NCBI GenBank assembly: GCA_964016885.1
Contig: OZ024743.1
Coordinates: 212,288,001-212,352,000, forward strand
Reading direction: 5' to 3'
Origin: Eledone cirrhosa
Taxonomy: Eukaryota
DNA: 64,000 nucleotides
Shown here piece by piece: positions 11,201 to 24,792 of the stretch. Below the pieces are notes generated by a model, which saw only the letters and a program-made list of their open reading frames with translations, did not search any database and was not told the origin of the DNA. Position 1 is the stretch's first letter, and each line of letters opens with the position of its first letter. The position numbers and the translations under genes are program-made.

Positions 11201-12343
11201 TGGGGAGTGGGAAACTGTGCAGAAGCTCATCGGATGGATTGTAACTGTTTTTGTATGGTGGACCTAATCCATTGTTCAGTTTAATGACAGGCCAAATTAA
11301 CACAAGATAGAAAATCTTACTTCTGAGTCAACTCTACCAAATGCAATATGATTGTGTTTTTGACAAAGGAACAACACCCTATATAAAGGAGTAAATGAAT
11401 TTTTGTGATATTCATGCCTATTCTAAAACACGTAAATAATAAATACGACTGTAAATCGAAACCGAATCACCGATCGGCTCATCAAATTCTTATATCAATA
11501 TGACTCGCCGCTAAATCTCGAAGAAAAGTTTGATTAAACTTTGAACAATTAATAGTTATGATAATGTGCGATTATGCACCCTGCGTGGGTGCGTGTGTTT
11601 GTCCATTTTTTTAACCAGTGAACCTGCTTTTAAAGAACTAATTTCTAAACCTATATACAGAAATAAGGTTGGAAATATTTGTAACTTTGCAGAAGAACTA
11701 ATTTAGAACATACCTTCCGTTTGTCTGAGTAAAAATACTACGAACTAAACATAGCTGTCGCCTTTTATAACGGTTGTAAATCTGTCATGTCTAACACAAT
11801 AGAGCAAACTTGAGAATACGCAATTGTCCGTTTGCTTTCCACGAATAAAGGAATTGAATTATTCTAGCAGAGTCTGTGAGGCTACAGCAACTAGTTTTGG
11901 TCCGTGTTCGCAACAAAGAAGCTTTGATGCCTCCCCAAGGTATATTCCAATCGAACACAAGCTTTTACAATGTATCACTAATCTGATAATAATCTGAGTT
12001 TATATGTTTTTCATGGAAATAGATGAGGTTACTTGAAATATTTTGGTGAGTAGTAGATGTGTCAGAATAGCTTTATTTCTTTTTAGCAATATATACCAAA
12101 ATGAAGCTATTGTTGTTTTAAATTCAAAACGTTATTTTGTTCTTGGAATATCAATGGTGTAAACAAAATTCTCAAGACAGGAAAAATGTTTCAATGAGAA
12201 TACGATGTTTTGCTCACTCAGGAAGCAATACAATAAATGAATAATGTGGCATTTGTTTTTTGCTTTTCACACACATTTATATATGAGATATGCAAACATA
12301 TATACCGTCGTTTTAACGTTCGCTTTCTCTGCTAGCAAGGATT

Positions 12344-12345
<2 letters not shown>

Positions 12346-12421
<76 letters not shown>

Positions 12422-12481
12422 ATGTGTGTGTGTGTACCGTATGCATGTATGAATATGTATATATATATGTATGTATGTATG

Positions 12482-12516
<35 letters not shown>

Positions 12517-12628
12517 AAATATATATATATATTGAAATACATATACATATATATATATTCATGTATGAAAGTATCTATGTATCTATGTATGGGTGGAAAA
12601 GCTCACAAGAGTCAACGGCCATCCAATA

Positions 12629-12670
<42 letters not shown>

Positions 12671-12720
12671 TGTGTGGGTGTGTAAATGTATATATGTAGG
12701 TATGTTGGTTATGTGTACGT
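12346..12720. repeat. (CA)n/(TA)n compound microsatellite
   Basis: Seen directly. Confidence 0.95.
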
Positions 12721-12981
12721 GTGTATTTTTTATTTACCTATTTTATTATTATTATTATTATTGAATGCCATGGTTGACGGAGGCTCGGCTCTGTAAGGTA
12801 CTGTACATTTTGAACGCTTTAACAATTGTAAATTGTTTAAAACTTAGACCAACTTGTAGACAAAAACACCCTCCTCCTCGTGAGAGGGGTCTTTCTGCCC
12901 GTTATTTGGCCCTTCGGGGTTAAATAACTGCTTATTGGGGGTTTGTACCCAATATTTATTTTAAACAAAAAAAAAAACAAC

Positions 12982-15076
12982 ATGGCTACGAAAAAGAATT
13001 TGCATAGGTCACTCCCACTCATTCCGTCTTCTTCTTCCTCAATCGTCACTACAGCAGAGAGAAGATTGTCTCTCTCCCTCCCTTCTTTAAATGTGTCTCT
13101 CTCCCTCCCTTCTCTTTCGCAAGTGACGAAAGAAAAGAAAAGTCTCGTGCAAAGCATGCAAGGTTTCTCCACGACGACAGCGACGAAACAGGTGTGCGGG
13201 AAATACGAAAACCCAGTTCATTCGTCTGACGTCAGGAATAATAGCAGTAGCAGCCGTAATAACAACAGCAACAGTGACAATGAAAACAACAGTAGCAGCC
13301 GCAACAGCATCACCAGCAGCATAAACAACAACAGCATTAGCAGCAGCAACACCAACAACAACCACAGCAACGGCGGCGAAGGCAGTAGTCGTAGTACCTG
13401 CAGCAACAACAAAAGTAACAGCAGCTCTGACGACAACAACAACAGCAGCAACGAAAAACCAATCTCATTTGCAGGTATTGCGAAAAACTTGGAAACAATC
13501 CTCATAACAAATGAGGAATTAGAGGAAGCGAAGAAGATGGTGACAAAGAATGGACACCGAGCAATCTGCAAGGCAGCGGAAAATTTTTTCGAAACCCAAC
13601 AGCACTGTACGGTCACGTACCGTACAGTAAGTACAAAATCCCGTAGGGTGGAAAGAGCCACAGAGGCCCAAATACAAAAAGCCTTGGGGTCTGTGTGGCA
13701 GCGGAAAACGCACATCACCCGAGGCAAAAAATATGCCACCGTAGACGTACTTTTTGCCACACCCCAGGAGGCAAAGGCCCAATCCGTAGTGACCCTAAGG
13801 AGCGAGGAAATGGTGTTGGTGCCCTCCTACTGCGGGCAAAAAATTGTGAGGGTCAAACTGACCCACGTCCCCCCCCGGAATGGCCCCTTCTTGGCTGGCC
13901 GCGTCTGTCCTCGTCGGAATCGAGGACAAAACAACTGTACTGCAAGTACAGAAAAAAGTAAGAGAAGATTGGGTCGGCACCTCCATTGAGATGCTAATCC
14001 AAACCAACCAGGAGTGCATCGAAGCTATCCCGGATGTGATAGACTTCGATAACGGCACTCAACTGCCCATAAGTGTTGAGGGCAAACGCCCGAAATGCTT
14101 TCGCTGTGGATCGAAGACTCACCTCAGGGCCTTCTGCAACGAGAAGACCCTGAGAAAGGAGAAAACCCCCCTCCTTCCGAATCCGGCTCCACGGCTACCA
14201 GCAACAGGACAAGCGGCAACCAGGAACGATAGGTCCGTGGCACCCATACCCACGCCACGGAAATCAAAAACAGCAGCAGCAGTGGAAATATTAACAACAA
14301 CAACAGCAATACCAAATGCAGCTGCAACAGAGACTCCAGTGCAAACATCACCAACAACAACAAGTGAAAGAGTGGAGCTGGTACCCCTCCCCGACCTCAC
14401 AGAATCAGACATGGAGTGTGAGGTGGGAGAGGGATGGCAAAAGGTCGTAAGAAGGCACAAACGCAGAAGCAGCGCATCGTCGCCTTTGAAAAGGGAGGAA
14501 AGAAATGAGAAAAGGGTAAAGTCTACTGCAAAGAGACCCACAGCAGCAACACCACCAACACCATCACCACCCACACTAGCACCACCATCACCACCGGCGA
14601 CAACCCCACCGCCAACAACACCTTCAACACCACCACCACAAGCACCAACATCGCAAACACAACAACAAAACACACACACCCAGCAACAACGACAAGAAAA
14701 TAGCAGAACCACACCCCACCCCCAGAAAAACAAATGCACGGCAATAAATACACACAACAAGAAACTAATGACTTACATAATTGAACACACAGACATTTCA
14801 CAACAGGACTACATAATACCAGCACCAATCAAAACGCCAACTAACATAAGACTGCTAAAAATAGCACAGAAACAATACACAAACAATAAAACGAAATTCC
14901 CCAACGCAGTTGGTGATTTCAGGGACCTAGGAGGAACCATCAATCGAAGAGTATATTCAGACATTCTCTTAGAAGAGCCGACGACCAGCCGAAGGGACGA
15001 TTCAACGGTCCCTTCACCAGACGATCAAGTGAAAAGGGATGTAAAAACCATCCCTCCTCTACCAAAAGTACGGTAA
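12982..15076 (+). pseudogene. Tx1-like ORF1 (gag-like, CCHC zinc knuckle), one frameshift at the C8 run 13869-13876
   Basis: Joins ORFs 12943-13989 and 13880-15076; VEGKRPKCFRCGSKTHLRAFC; N/S- and P/T-rich linkers. Confidence 0.8.
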
Positions 15077-15111
15077 GTGGTCTTTCCCATCTTTTCCACT
15101 CTATTTTAAAC

Positions 15112-18100
15112 ATGACCTCACTCAGAATAGGCAGCATAAATGCGCGTGGCTTGGGGTCGTCATGGAAGCAGGGTCACCTGCTCAACGACCTCAGGTCACT
15201 AAACATAGATGTAGTGGCCATCAGCGAGACCAGAATCTCCGAAGCACGGGCTTTCGCACCGATCTTCGGCGGCTACGATGTGTACGCATCTCCCAGCCGT
15301 CCTGGATCGGGTGGAGGAGTTGCTGTGCTTTTTCGGAGAGGTTTGGATCTCGCCATACGGGCCATCTTCCTGGACCCAGAGGGTAAGCTGGTGGTGCTGG
15401 ACGTGACCAGCGGAGAAGGGCAAGCTTTCAGGCTAGTGGCCGTCTATGCCCCGACAGGAGCAGGGCGGCCTGATTTCTTCCGGCGTCTGGAGACCTTTCT
15501 TGGAACGTCCCGCTCTTTAGTGTTAGTGGGCGACTGGAACGGGATCTTAGATGCACGCTGGGACTGTGTGGGATTAGCGGATAGGGGTGGAGGGTGCAAG
15601 AGCCTCACCAACCTGCTCAGGCGTTTTGAACTGTCTGACAGGTACCGATTGGATTTCCCGAATGTGCCAATGTGGACTTGGACAAATCGCATAGGGTCAT
15701 CCAGATCATATCTAGATAGAGTATTTTGTAGGGAAATAGATAGGTCTAGCATAGGCTGTCCACAATTCAAGATAGTCAGCTACACGGACCACAAATTCGT
15801 GATCTGTGTGCTTGACTTAGATAGGCTTCATAGACGAGGACCCGGCTACTGGAAGCTAAACGCGTCCTTACCAGCGCGCAAGGCCTACAGAGACCGGATT
15901 AGCGAACTAGTTAAGCGGGCGTTGACGGGGGCCATCGTCAACAACAAGTGGTGGTTTGCTCTGAAAAGAGCGATTAGAATAGAATCGATTAGGTTTAGTA
16001 AGGCTTTAGCAATAGAGAAAAATAGAGCAGAGGGAGAACTAGTTAGAAAATTAGACGAGGCGCTTAGCAAAGGCATTGCGACCGACGTGCTTGCGGCGAA
16101 ATTGGCCCTTGACCAATTCTTCAATGCAAAGCACGAAGGCTGCGTTGTCAGAGCAAGGGTGCGTGCTCTCAGACACGAGGGGACGAAAGCCGTTCAATGG
16201 GCCCGAGTGGCGGAGGCGCGTCGTGGCAACAAAGCCACGATCCGGTCTTTGGTGGACCACGACGGGCGCATGCTACTCGATCCCGGGCAAATGTGTGAAG
16301 CTTTTCAGCGACACTTCGCTCAGCTGTTCGGAGGCAGCGGCAGGCCAGATCGAGGGATGGACTTTAGTCTCTACCTCGACGAACTGCCGCAGCTCTCGGC
16401 CACTGAGGCGGAGTGTTGCGAAAAGCCGATAACAGCCGCTGAAGTACGGGAGGCAATGACTGGCTGCACAAGGGGTAAATCGCCTGGTTTGGATGGTCTG
16501 CCCTATGAACTTTACGTACAGATGCCAGACTTGTTCGGAGGCCTCTTGGCGGACGTCTACTGCAACTGGCAACAGAACGGGAGAATTCCCAGCTCTGTGA
16601 GCCGAGGAGCTGTGGCGCTGCTGAGAAAGGATCCGAACAAGGGGGATAACATAGATAATTTTAGGCCCACAACTCTGCTAAACACAGAGTTCAAGATTTT
16701 GGCCAAGGTGCTAGCAAAGAGGTTGGCGCTTGTCGTTGGTGGTCTGGTTGGAGAGGCGCAGACATGCGCCATTCCCGACAGATCCATCCACGACAACCTC
16801 CACCTCATGCGATGCACCGTAGAGAGGATAGCTAGGGAACCTGGCACGGGTGGGTCCTTGATCAATTTAGATCAGTCGAAAGCTTTCGATAGGGTCGACC
16901 ATCGTTAACTAGCGGCAGTCCTGAGGGCGGCTGGATTGGGCCCGTCTTCAGAGGCTGGATCGCTGCCATGCACAGCGACATCTGCTCTGTGGTGAGAGTG
17001 AACGGTCACCTTTCGGAACCATTCAACATATTGCGCTCGGTCCGCCAAGGATGTCTCCCCTCGTCCCTCTTGTACGTATTGACTCTCGAGCCATTACTGC
17101 ACAAACTGGAGACGTTGATGGGGTCCCGCGCGAACTAGCATGCGGAAGATCCGTGTCAGCATATGCGGACGATGTCACCGTAGTGGTGTCGAACGCCAAA
17201 CACATCGAGGCGATCGGCACTACACTAAGAGAATACGAAGCGGTGACAGGAGCAATGATCAACCAGGAAAAGTCAGTGGGCCTGAAGCTCGGCACCTGGA
17301 GAGGCAAGTCCATGCCGTCCAACAGCGTCGTCGGGCGCTGGTCGGACCGGTTAAATTGCTAGGGGTCTGGTTCGGTCCGGACCTCCAGACGGACAAAAAC
17401 TGGGACGAGGTGACGAGCAGGGTGGCTTCTCTCACCCAGAAATGGGCCGAGAGGAAGCTATCCCTGAAAGGTCGAGCGGAGGGGGCTAACGCGTACATCG
17501 CGTCCGTCATCTACCGCCTGACCATCGTACCTTGCCCTAACCCCGCCTGACTGCGCTGGAGCGTTTGCTCTTTCGCTTTTTGTGGAAGGGACGCGCTCCG
17601 ATGGTCAGGCGGTCCATCTGCTGTCAACACCCACTACGTGGAGGGCTGGGCATGCCGTGGCTGATGATGCGCAGACACGCGTTCAGGCTACGACATCTCC
17701 ACCTCTTCCTCGACGGTGATGAGGTGTGGTCGCCGTTTGCTAGACACGTCTTTCCACAGCTCGTCTCCTTGACGGAGCTGCAGTCCTGGGTCAAGCAACG
17801 ACCGAGAGGGAGCGCTTGGAGACTGGAATGTCTTCAGGCGCTCACAGCCCTCGACCAATCGGGCAATGTGATCGGTGGAAACTCCACCTTGGCGTTCTAT
17901 AGAGGATTAGTGGAGGGGAATAGCGACGACGTACTTGGAGAAACTCTAGGCGTCGACGAAAATCAACTAGCCAATCTCTTCGGAAGGACTTTCAGGCCGG
18001 GGCCTATGGACAATTTCCAGAAATCCCTGGCCTGGCAGTGCTACTGAGGAGCTTTGCAAGTTCGGGATAAACTCTATAGGCATGGAGGTGCCGTCAGCCG

Positions 18101-18521
18101 GGAATGTCCGAGATGCGCGCAGGGCGACGAAACCGTCCTGCACGCACTCGTCCAGTGTCCTAGCATTTCTGACATGTGGGTTTATGTCGAACACCTGCTG
18201 TCACGTGTAGGACGGATACAGCTATTAGCTGAGTCCATCGTGAGGATTGCCCCACCCTCTTCCTTTAGCCGGGAAGGGCAGGCAGTTTTTATCTGTCTGG
18301 TGGCCATGGCGAAAGAGATAGTATGGTGGACACGTTTGAAAGGGCTGAAGACGAGCACTTACCTCTTCGGTGATGCCCTGATTAACTTTTTAAAATTTCA
18401 TTTGAAAAGGAAAATCAGGGTAGAGAGGGAAATGCTCTCTTCCCAGCATTTTGTTGAAAGATGGGTGAGAGAAGCAAGTATGGCCCGAGTGAATGGGCCT
18501 ACTCTGAGTATGTGTCTGTAA
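15112..18521 (+). pseudogene. Tx1-like ORF2 (APE endonuclease, RT, CCHC) with several stops and frameshifts
   Basis: LRIGSINARGL, AISET, GDWN, YLDR, TDH; KSPGLDGL, NFRPTTLLN, LDQSKAFDRVDH, YADD; CPRCAQGDETVLHALVQC. Confidence 0.9.
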
Positions 18522-18789
18522 ATTAAAGGTGGAAAACTGGGAGAAGGCACTTGCCCTGGTGGTCAGGGTCACTGTGGCCTTTTAATGGGCTTTCTCCACA
18601 AATGTCCCTCGGAAGTCTCCCCCCTATTGGGGAATTTTTCATTGTTTTTTTTGTTACATCCTCTGTTTTTGATTTTTACACGCAGAAATGCCCATTTGTA
18701 CCGTCCTGTATTGTCCTGTACTGTCCTTAATGTCTACTTTATGTAAACCCTTGTGGTTAATAAAGAAAGCATTATTATTATTATTATAT

Positions 18790-19790
18790 AGCGCTTGGAA
18801 ACTGAAATGTCTCCAGGCGCTCACTGCCCTCTCCCAGTTGGGCACCAGTATCGGTGGAACATCCACCTCGGCGTTCTATAGAGGACTAGTGGAGGGGAAG
18901 AGCGACGACAGTCTTGGAGAGATCCTGGGCGTCGAAGAAGATCAGCTGTTTTCTCTCTTCCGGAGAACTTTCAGCCCGGGGCCAATGGATAACTTCCCAA
19001 AATCCCTGGCCTGACAGTGCTACCGGGGAGCGCTGCCGGTTCGAGATAAGCTCTACAGGCACGGAAGTGCCGTCAGCCGAGCCTGTCCGAGATGCGCGCA
19101 GAGCGACGAAACCGTTGTGCACGCACTCGTTCACTGCCCGAGCATTGCTGACTTGTGGAGCTATGTCGAACAGTTGTTGTCACGTGTGGGACTGATCCGG
19201 TTGTCGACTGAGTCCATTGTGCAGATGGTCTCGCCGTCTTCCTTCGAGGAGGAAGGGCAGGCGGTTTTCATCTGCCTGGTGGCCATGGCGAAAGAGATTG
19301 TGTGGTGGACAAGGTTAAAGACAAACACTTTCCTCTTCGGCGAATCCCTAATTAACTTTTTCAAGTTTCACTTGAAGAGGAAAATCAGAGTGGAGAGGCA
19401 AGTGCTGCTTTCTAGCAAGTTTGTTGAAAGGTGGGTGAATGTAGCGAGAATGGTCCAAGTGAACGTAACCACTCTGAATATACGTCTGTAGTTTGAGAGA
19501 TGGAAAAATTGAGAGAGGGCGCCGTGGTCTTTTGTGTGGTTTTCGCCACGAGTAACCCTCGGAGGTTTCCCCCCTATTGGGGAATTTTTCATTGTTTCAA
19601 TTTCCATTTTTATTGTTTATAAATATATGTTTTATGTCCTTTTTTTTTCTTTTCTTATATAAATAATAAAAATATTTACACGCACAAAACCCACATCGTA
19701 CCGTCCTGTACCGTCTGTAATGTTTTTTCTTGATGTCAGCCCTTGTGGCCAATAAAGAAATCATTATTATTATTATTATTATTGTTATTA
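18790..19790 (+). mobile_element. 5'-truncated Tx1-like family A copy directly after the (ATT)n tail of the first
   Basis: Homologous to 17811-18770; own (ATT)n tail 19763-19790. Confidence 0.85.
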
Positions 19791-22700
19791 CTCTTTGAGT
19801 CTCAGTCATTGATGTTAGTTAACTGGAAAGTTTGTTGAAATGAATATCAAGCCACTACCTGCAGCCTCAGATATTCAGGACGTATCGGAGGGTTCTTGCT
19901 GTTCCCAGCAAGCATGCCTTTTGAAGCGTTCCAAAAAGCGTGAAGGGGCGGCCGATTTTCTTTAACCATCCCTGGAAACTTTTGGAGATAGTCCCCAGTG
20001 CGCTTATGACAATCGGGATCACTTTGACTTCATGGCAGTTCCATATCCTCTTTACCTCCCACTTTAAGTCCTGGTATCGGTTAATTTTCTCCCTCTCCTT
20101 CTCTTGCACTCTCGTGTCGAATGGGCAGGCCACATCCACAATCAGGCACGATCTTTTTTCTTTGTCCACAACCACCAGGTCAGGTCTATTGTGTTCCAGT
20201 TTCTTGTCCGTCTGTATCCTAAAATCCCACAGCACCTTCACCTGATCGTTTTCTATCACCGCCTCTGGCTTATGCTCATACCACTTCTCAGAATGTGGTG
20301 AATTGTTTACTTTGCATAGGTGCCGGTGGATCACCCTGCCCATCACATCATGTCCCCAGCCCTTATAGTGGGTCTGGGCTAGGTGTTTACACTCGGATAC
20401 AATGTGAGCCACAGTCTCCTCTCTCTCTCCACAGATCCTGCACAGTGGGCTAGCCTCCTCCTTGTAAATATGGTGTTTCAACCACTTCGTTTTGAGGGCC
20501 TGCTCCTGCGCAGTCATTAACATTCCTTCTGTAGCCTTTTTAAGGTCTCCTCTTTTCAACCAGTTCCATGTCTGTGGATCTCTAAATTCAGTTTTCTCAA
20601 AGAAGGTACTATGAAGGGATTTTTCCTGAAGGCTGCTTTTTCTCCTTGATGTTATTTCCTCCTTGGACATCCCCTGGCCTATTGTCCCCTCCTTCAGTAC
20701 AGTTCTGAGCATTGGCTCCTTACTAGCAGTCACGTATTAGTGTAGGTTGTTTTTCTCCATCTGAACACAGTCCTCTATGCTGATAAGACCTCTTCCACCT
20801 TCAGATCTCCTTAAGTAGAGTCTATCGACATCACTCCTCTTGTGGAACATGTTGTAGATAGTCAATAGCTTCCTAGTCTTCCTATCCATTTCCTTTTGTT
20901 CAGCAACATTCCATCTCAGAATTCCCGCACTGTACCTAATAATAGACACAGCTCGGGAATTTACTGCACTTATGGCATTCCTACTGTTCAGGTGTGACTT
21001 TAATACGCTCCTTACTCTCCGAATGTATTCAGTTCTTATCAATTCCTTCATTTTTTTGTTCTTGATGTCATCAGCCTCCAGAACGCCCAAATACTTGTAT
21101 CCTTCTTCAGAGTCAATTTCCTTTATCATCTCACCTGTTGGTACCTGGATTCCGTTACTTCTGCTCAACTTACCCCTCTTCATCACAATGACTCCACACT
21201 TACTAATACCAAATTGCATACATATATCATTGCTGAAAATACGGACAGTGTCAACAAGCACATCCAACTCCTTCTCACTCTTCCCGAAGAGCTTAAGATC
21301 GTCCATGAAGAGGAGGTGATTGATGGTAAGCCCTCCCTTTCCCAACCTGTATCCTGCTCTCACTTTTCGCAGTACACTCGTCAGGGGCATCAGGGCAAGG
21401 ACAAACAACAGAGGGGACAGACTATCACCCTGGAAGATACCTCTCTTGATCTTCACGCTTCCCAAGGATTCTCCAGTTGATGTTAACTCTGTTTCCCAGG
21501 ACTTCATACTTTTGCCCAACAACTGTCTGATGTTATCTGCCACCTTGAAGATCTCCAGGCTTTTGGTGATCCAAGAATGAGGCACCATGTCAAATGCCTT
21601 TTCTAGTCTATCCATCCCATGGCAAGACCAGTGTATCTCCTCTTGCAATTCCTCATTACCATCTTATCAATAAGTAACTGGTCCTTTGTACCACGTGACT
21701 TCTTTCGGCATCCTTTCTGTTCGTCCGGTAACAAGTTGTTTGTGTGGAGGTGATGGTAGATTTCCTCAGACATAATGCTTGTCAACAGTTTCCACATTAC
21801 GGACAGACATGTGATAGGTCTATAGTTGGTAACATCATTACCCTTGATTCGGTCTTTTATTATCAGAACTGTGGTACCTTTTGTCAGCCACTCTGGTACC
21901 TCACCTGACATCAAGCAGTCATTGAACATGGTTGTCAGTTTCGGGTGGAGGGATGTTATATTTTTAATCCAATACCCCTGCACACCATCTGGGCCTGGTG
22001 ATTTCCAGTTGGTTAGTTTTTTGGCCTGCCCCTTAAGAGTTTCAACTGTGATACTCAAATCAGTTTGTTGGTATGCCTGTTCACTAATCTCCTTCTGTAC
22101 TGTCTCAATCCACACTGCCTGGTCATTATGTTTAACATCCTGCTCCCATATTCCTCTCCAGAATGTTTTAGTTTGTTCCGCCTCAGGGATCAAGTCGTTG
22201 CCTCTTTTTTTCCCTTCAAGCTGTCCAAACAGCATCTTCTGGTTGTTGTCGAACATGCGGTTCTGTCTATACTGACTGACTCTGTTCTCGTATCGCCTGA
22301 TTTTTGCACACTTTGCTACAAAGCGTTGCTTCAGTTCCTCTATGATAATATTTAGCTTTTTCCTCCTAGTTTTGTACTTTATTTCCAGTCTATTTTTAGT
22401 GTCTATGTTTTTTAGTGTCCCATTCAGTAGGGACTCAAGCTTTCCAATGTCATTTCTCATTTCCCTGATTTGACCACTCAGTCGTTTCTTCCACCAAGGC
22501 TCTGCTCTTTCTTGTCTGTTGTTTCCTCTCGCTTTTATACCAAGTAGTTTCCTCACCGTATTTGCTGTTGCTTTGAGGATATTGTTGCACTGGTGAAGGC
22601 TCCTCGCCTCAAGGTATGGGATGACTTTGTTTACCTTAGCTGTTGTTTCTTTTAACTTTTTCCTGTCTACAAATCTTAGGTTCATAGGTCTCCCACTATC

Positions 22701-23291
22701 ATTGTTCAATTCATCTACCACTAAGTTTAGGATATCAACCAAATCTTATCCTAGCCCGTCAGCATTCATCTCCTCAGTGGCCGTATCTCTGTTCCAGGTA
22801 TTATTTATCTCAGCATTCAGATCATTATCTGCTTCGGGTGGTTCCTCCGTTCTCTCGACCTCTTCACCTTCATTTCCCACTGGCTCGTTTTCCTGGCATA
22901 CTCCACCCTCCATCTCTAAGCTAATCTCTCTGCTCAGTTCCTCCAGTTCCAGCTCGCTTATCCACCCATTAGTTCTTATTACCCGAGCCTGCCCGGCCAA
23001 TTTTTGTTCATCTAATTTAAATAGACCAATCTCGTTCCAGATGTTATGCATCCGTCTCCTATAGCCTTTCTCCTTGGGGTTACTCTTCAGGTAACATTGC
23101 ATAACAGTTCTATTCAATTCTTTCGTCCAGTTGGTTCTGGTCCCTTTCCTTCTTCTTCCTCCGACACCAGCAGTATTTGGTTGACAGCCAGGTCCCTGCT
23201 GCTGAGCCAGGGAGCACCTGTTGGGTGAGAGTCTGTCACATGACATTCTAGTCTCCATTTCACCGTTATTCGAACTGTTTAGGTTCGACAT
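19791..23291 (-). mobile_element. R4/Dong-like LINE copy 1 (single ORF: RT, CCHC, restriction-like endonuclease), disrupted
   Basis: ORF pieces 23291-22746, 22742-21603, 21648-20737, 20733-19867; WKSPGPD, NYRPITCL, GIFQGDSLSPL, FMDD, CRICGEREETVAHIVSEC, NRPDLVVVD..IVDVACP..EK..RY; 3' end abuts (AAT)n. Confidence 0.9.
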
Positions 23292-23401
23292 TTAAACACT
23301 CTTATCGAGGATTGGCGAATGTATGGTTACATAACCACCGGTGAATTCATCGCCTCCGGTGGTTTTGTCACTCCACGTGATTTTTGTGTGGCATTATCAC
23401 G

Positions 23402-24733
23402 CTGTAGACGAACATAAATAAACAAACAAATAAACAGGCAAAAAACCCCCAAAAAATGAATAAGCATAAGTGTCATTGTAATGTAGTGTTTGAATGTCTG
23501 ACTTAGTTTTTCCCTTCCCTTCTCTGTCCGTCTGTTTGTTTTTCTCTTCATTTTTCTTTTCTTTACGTTTTTCGTTGTTGCTGTGCTGCTTTGATTTTGA
23601 TTTTTGGTTTTTGATTTTGACCGGGTCATCAATTCAGTCTATTTATATATTTTGATGCCTTCCTCTTTTAGTGGGGACACTACAATGTAGCAGGGGGTAG
23701 TGGGAGAGAATAGCGGCGGTAGTGATAATGAGGCAGCGGTGGTGGTGGTGGTGGCGGTGCTGTGCTAGCAGCAACTAGCAGGAGGTAGTGGGAGAGAATA
23801 GCGGCGGTAGCGATAATGAGGCAGTGGTGGTGGTGATTTGATCGTAGTACAGTAGTGATGGTGTTGAAATTGGAGTAGAAATAGCGTTTGAGTGGACTTG
23901 ACCAGAGTTTTGATCGTGGTAGTGGTGGTGGTGTTGGTGGTGAAATTATCTTTAGTTATTTAGTTATTTAGTCATTTTGCCATTTTCCTCTTTTTCGACT
24001 CTAACATTCCTGATCCAAAATTAAATATTAATCTTGTTTATTAATATTGTCTAGTGATACCGCCATCTTCCCCTTTCGTAAGTTAACAGAAGGTAATGGG
24101 GAGATAGCGGTGGTAGCAATGAAGGAGTGGTGGCGGCGGTGATAGGATAGTGGTAGTAATGATGGAAGGGCGGCGGCGGCGGTGACTGTAGTGATGGCGT
24201 TGTCGTTACTGAGTTTTGTTGAATAGGCTGTATTTTGTTTGATCGGTGAATCTATGGGGTTAGTCGCGTATATGTGTTGACATATTTTCTTAATATTGGA
24301 ATTAAACATTTTGTTTAATAATAGCAATTATTATTATTATGCTGAGATTGGTGGTGGTGGTGGTGGTGAAATTGCCGTTATCTGGCTGTTGTGTTTAGTG
24401 TACACAGAGGGGTGATGGGGTAGGTGGTGTATCTAGTTTCTGGTGTTGGTGAAATTGCTGTTGTTTGGCTGTTCTATATAGTGTAGATAGAGGGGGTTTT
24501 CTTCCATTTATAACCATTTTCTTTTTTGAATATAAAATGTATAATACAAAATTGAATATTTGAGCGATATAACAATATATTATGGATCCGAATTTTTGGG
24601 GGGCTTAAGCCGGATTCTTTATGTATCATTTGTATTAAGAATTGTTATTTCACAATTGATTTAAATATGTTAAAAATCAAAACTTACGTGAGCGATTTCA
24701 CGACCTCCTATCCACCATGTGCGTCTTTTTCTC

Positions 24734-24735
<2 letters not shown>
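23402..24735 (-). repeat. Leader segment X' upstream of Dong copy 1 (putative long 5' UTR); homologous to 29020-29738
   Basis: Starts right after (AAT)n; 24050-24735 aligns with 29075-29738 and 23625-23670 with 29025-29070. Confidence 0.65.
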
Positions 24736-24785
<50 letters not shown>

Positions 24786-24792
24786 GATTATT

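Larger units (their letters stand above)
12763..18787 (+). mobile_element. Full-length L1-clade, Tx1-like LINE (family A), flanked by (ATT)n
   Basis: Starts after (ATT)n 12744-12762; 5' UTR, ORF1, ORF2, 3' UTR with AATAAA, (ATT)n tail 18771-18787. Confidence 0.9.

Noticed and set aside
11570-11615. GCACCC/GGGTGC hairpin plus GTTTGTCC, Helentron-like
   Set aside because: No matching second terminus found.
13869-13876. Programmed frameshift at the C8 run in Tx1 ORF1
   Set aside because: A homopolymer indel (mutation or sequencing error) is simpler; ORF2 of this copy is also disrupted.
13087-14828. Antisense and alternative-frame ORFs over LINE ORFs throughout the window
   Set aside because: Shadows of low-complexity or GC-richer TE coding sequence with no independent motifs.
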